Positions 62,157 through 64,000 of a DNA stretch of 64,000 bases are shown piece by piece. The DNA comes from Planctomycetota bacterium. GTDB lineage: Bacteria > Planctomycetota > GCA-002687715 > DRQF01. The translations under genes were made by a program, and so were the position numbers. The notes under the pieces were generated by a model, which was given only the letters and a program-made list of their open reading frames with translations, searched no databases and was not told where the DNA came from. Within the stretch, counting starts at the first letter, position 1. Each line of letters opens with the position of its first letter. The stretch is taken from contig JAZGFI010000090.1 in NCBI GenBank assembly GCA_036479435.1, positions 1-64,000 of the forward strand. The letters are read 5' to 3'.

Positions 62157-62185
62157 TTGAACCCCGCCTACCCGGCCCCTATAGT
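62157..62185 (+). promoter_or_regulatory. Sigma70-type promoter of tRNA-Val
   Basis: TTGAAC, 17 nt, TATAGT. Confidence 0.7.
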
Positions 62186-62197
62186 CTCCCTCGCTCA

Positions 62198-62271
62198 GGG
62201 CGATTAGCTCAGCTGGTTAGAGCGCTTCGTTCACACCGAAGAGGTCACAGGTTCGAATCCTGTATCGCCCA
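62198..62271 (+). tRNA. tRNA-Val (anticodon CAC), CCA not encoded
   Basis: Cloverleaf: acceptor GGGCGAT/ATCGCCC, anticodon stem CTTCG/CGAAG, TTCGAAT loop. Confidence 0.97.
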
Positions 62272-62405
62272 CTTTCTTAACTTTCGCCGACGCCTGAACT
62301 TCAGGCAACCCGCCCCAAAGGCGGCGCGGCCGCAACCTCAAGAGTTCTCGGTTACCAGTATCCGTTTCAGGATTTGGTAGCCGTCGAAAGAGGAGACGGC
62401 GCGCT

Positions 62406-63626
62406 ATGCCACGCAACAAACGCAACCCAACGTATCGCAATTTCAAACCGCGAGATCTCGGCTTCGTCGAGCTTTTCGTAGCCGAAAAGAGAAGACCGCA
62501 GCGTTTCTACTTCCCCGGTCCCTTCAATTCAGCTCAAAGTAAGGCCGCTTATCACCGCGTCCTCGCTGATTTGCAGTTCACCGAATTCGGCGAAGTCCCT
62601 AATTGCCTGAAGAAACCAGAAGAGAGAGTAGGAATCTCCGTTTCGAGGCTCGTCGATCTTTACATCGAGAAAGAAGCGAAGGTCCGTTATCGAACGAAGG
62701 ACGGTTCGCTTTCCGGCGGCTTTCCTATCGTGAACATCACCCTCCAATACTGGGTCACGCACTTCGGCGATCTTAGGGTCGAGGAATTCACTCCACGGCT
62801 TCTTAAATCTCTTCGAGATCGACTGATCAAGAAACGCCTCGCCCGAAGCACCATCAACGACAAGATGAGAATCATCGTTACGGCCCTTAGGTGGGCGGTA
62901 GAGGAAGAGTTGGTCCACGAGTCGGCCTGGAGGTCTCTCCAGGCGGTAAGGACGCTCCAGCGGGGGAGAAGCGAGGCTAAGGAGACCGAGCCGATCACAC
63001 CCGTGGAAAAGGCGGACGTCGAAGCTGTTCTTCCCCACCTCACTTCCGTGCTACGGGCTATGGTATTGGTGCAGTGGTTCAGCGGCGCGAGACCCGGCGA
63101 GGTCTGCACGATGCGAATTCGCGAGGTGGATAGAAGCGGCAAGAATTGGATCTACAAACCGGAACACCACAAGACCCTGCATCACGGCAAAAAGAGGTTG
63201 CTCGTTTTGGGCCCAAAGGCACGTGAAGAACTATCACTATTGCTTAGGCCAGATCCCGACGCCTACTTCTTTTCGCCCGAGGTCTCCGAGCGAGAACGCA
63301 AAGAACAGCGCCACGCAGATCGAAAAACACCTTTGAGCTGCGGCAACAAACCAGGCAGCGTCCGAACCCCTAACCCAAAGCGACCACCAGGCGCCTTCTT
63401 CTCCACCCAATCCTACGGACGAGCCGTTAAGCGAGCTTGCGTCAACGCAGGCATCGCTCCTTGGACGCCCAACCAACTCAGGCATTCAGCCGCGACGCGG
63501 ATCAGAAAAGAGTTCAGCCTCGAACACGCACGTGCTGTACTTGGTCATTCCTCAACTTCAACCACTGAGATCTACGCCGAAGTCGATAAGACCATCGCCA
63601 TCGATGTAATGGAACGGATCGGCTGA
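62406..63626 (+). CDS. Tyrosine recombinase / site-specific integrase
   Basis: GARPGE (Arg), HKT (Lys), NQLRH, LGH and TEIY (Tyr); 134 nt downstream of tRNA-Val. Confidence 0.95.
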   Translation: MPRNKRNPTYRNFKPRDLGFVELFVAEKRRPQRFYFPGPFNSAQSKAAYHRVLADLQFTEFGEVPNCLKKPEERVGISVSRLVDLYIEKEAKVRYRTKDGSLSGGFPIVNITLQYWVTHFGDLRVEEFTPRLLKSLRDRLIKKRLARSTINDKMRIIVTALRWAVEEELVHESAWRSLQAVRTLQRGRSEAKETEPITPVEKADVEAVLPHLTSVLRAMVLVQWFSGARPGEVCTMRIREVDRSGKNWIYKPEHHKTLHHGKKRLLVLGPKAREELSLLLRPDPDAYFFSPEVSERERKEQRHADRKTPLSCGNKPGSVRTPNPKRPPGAFFSTQSYGRAVKRACVNAGIAPWTPNQLRHSAATRIRKEFSLEHARAVLGHSSTSTTEIYAEVDKTIAIDVMERIG

Positions 63627-63732
63627 AGCGACAGTCCAATCTTCTCCTTCATTGGATGCGCGCATTAGGCTCGGATCAACTCCAATCATTCATGCGCACG
63701 GCGACGGCGTTTCGCTCTTTTTAAGCCCGTAG

Positions 63733-64000
63733 TCTGCAAACAGGACGACTCCGATCACCTACGGAAATAGCCCTGGTTCAGGTCACGAGGGCCGCAGCCG
63801 TCCGGTTCTCGGTGAACGGTACACCACGCAATCCTACGGTCGAGCGATCAAGCGCGCATGCGAGAGAGATAGTATCAAGCCTCATTGGACGACGCATCAG
63901 CTGCGGCATTCTGCGGCGACAATCATCAGAGCCGGCATCGACGCTGAGGCAGCCAGAGTCATTCTTGGCCACTCCGATCCTCGTATGACTGAGGTCTACG
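63733..64000 (+). pseudogene. N-terminally truncated second tyrosine integrase (C-terminal catalytic part only)
   Basis: The frame after TAG (63730-63732) reads SANRTTPITYGNSPGS...YTTQSYGRAIKRAC...WTTHQLRHSAAT...ARVILGHSDPRMTEVY, collinear with the upstream integrase; no start codon. Confidence 0.85.

Larger units (their letters stand above)
62272..64000. mobile_element. Left edge of a probable integrative element or genomic island at tRNA-Val (continues beyond the window)
   Basis: A tRNA immediately followed by an integrase and an integrase remnant; the second att site is not visible in this window. Confidence 0.65.

Overview
Bacterial chromosomal window, most consistent with a Planctomycetota genome. 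This is an inference from the very short ~109-nt 5S rRNA, the giant alpha-2-macroglobulin, the FG-GAP, DUF1573 and TPR surface proteins, and the integrase style. It opens in the 3' part of a 23S rRNA gene, followed by 5S rRNA. It then runs through mostly housekeeping genes: ALDH7-type dehydrogenase, lexA, nadB, hflX, uvrB, uvrC, a membrane pyrophosphatase, rsfS, a DinG/YoaA helicase, Leu dehydrogenase, an ECF sigma factor, elbB, slyX, trmL, tRNA-Ala(CGC) and tRNA-Val(CAC). Secreted or membrane proteins and a ParD/ParE-type toxin-antitoxin pair are interspersed. It ends at the edge of a probable integrated element: a tyrosine integrase next to tRNA-Val plus a second, decapitated integrase remnant. 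No CRISPR array was seen. The best candidates for undescribed biology are: (i) a lexA leader with a 27-aa hydrophobic sORF not in the ORF track, coupled to lexA, plus repeats and palindromes; (ii) a translationally coupled trio of degenerate Cache-HAMP cyclase, MscS channel with a degenerate cNMP domain and orphan PstS-like lipoprotein; (iii) a divergent locus with two paralogous membrane proteins facing an exported PRRAP-repeat/Tyr-rich/TPR protein across a perfect palindrome; (iv) a 184-nt highly structured element behind the rRNA terminator; (v) a Tat-signal threonine-aldolase homologue next to an amidohydrolase-S9 peptidase fusion. Two genes appear broken by small deletions, which may be sequencing error. 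All calls come from reading the sequence and the ORF track by eye; no database search was run.
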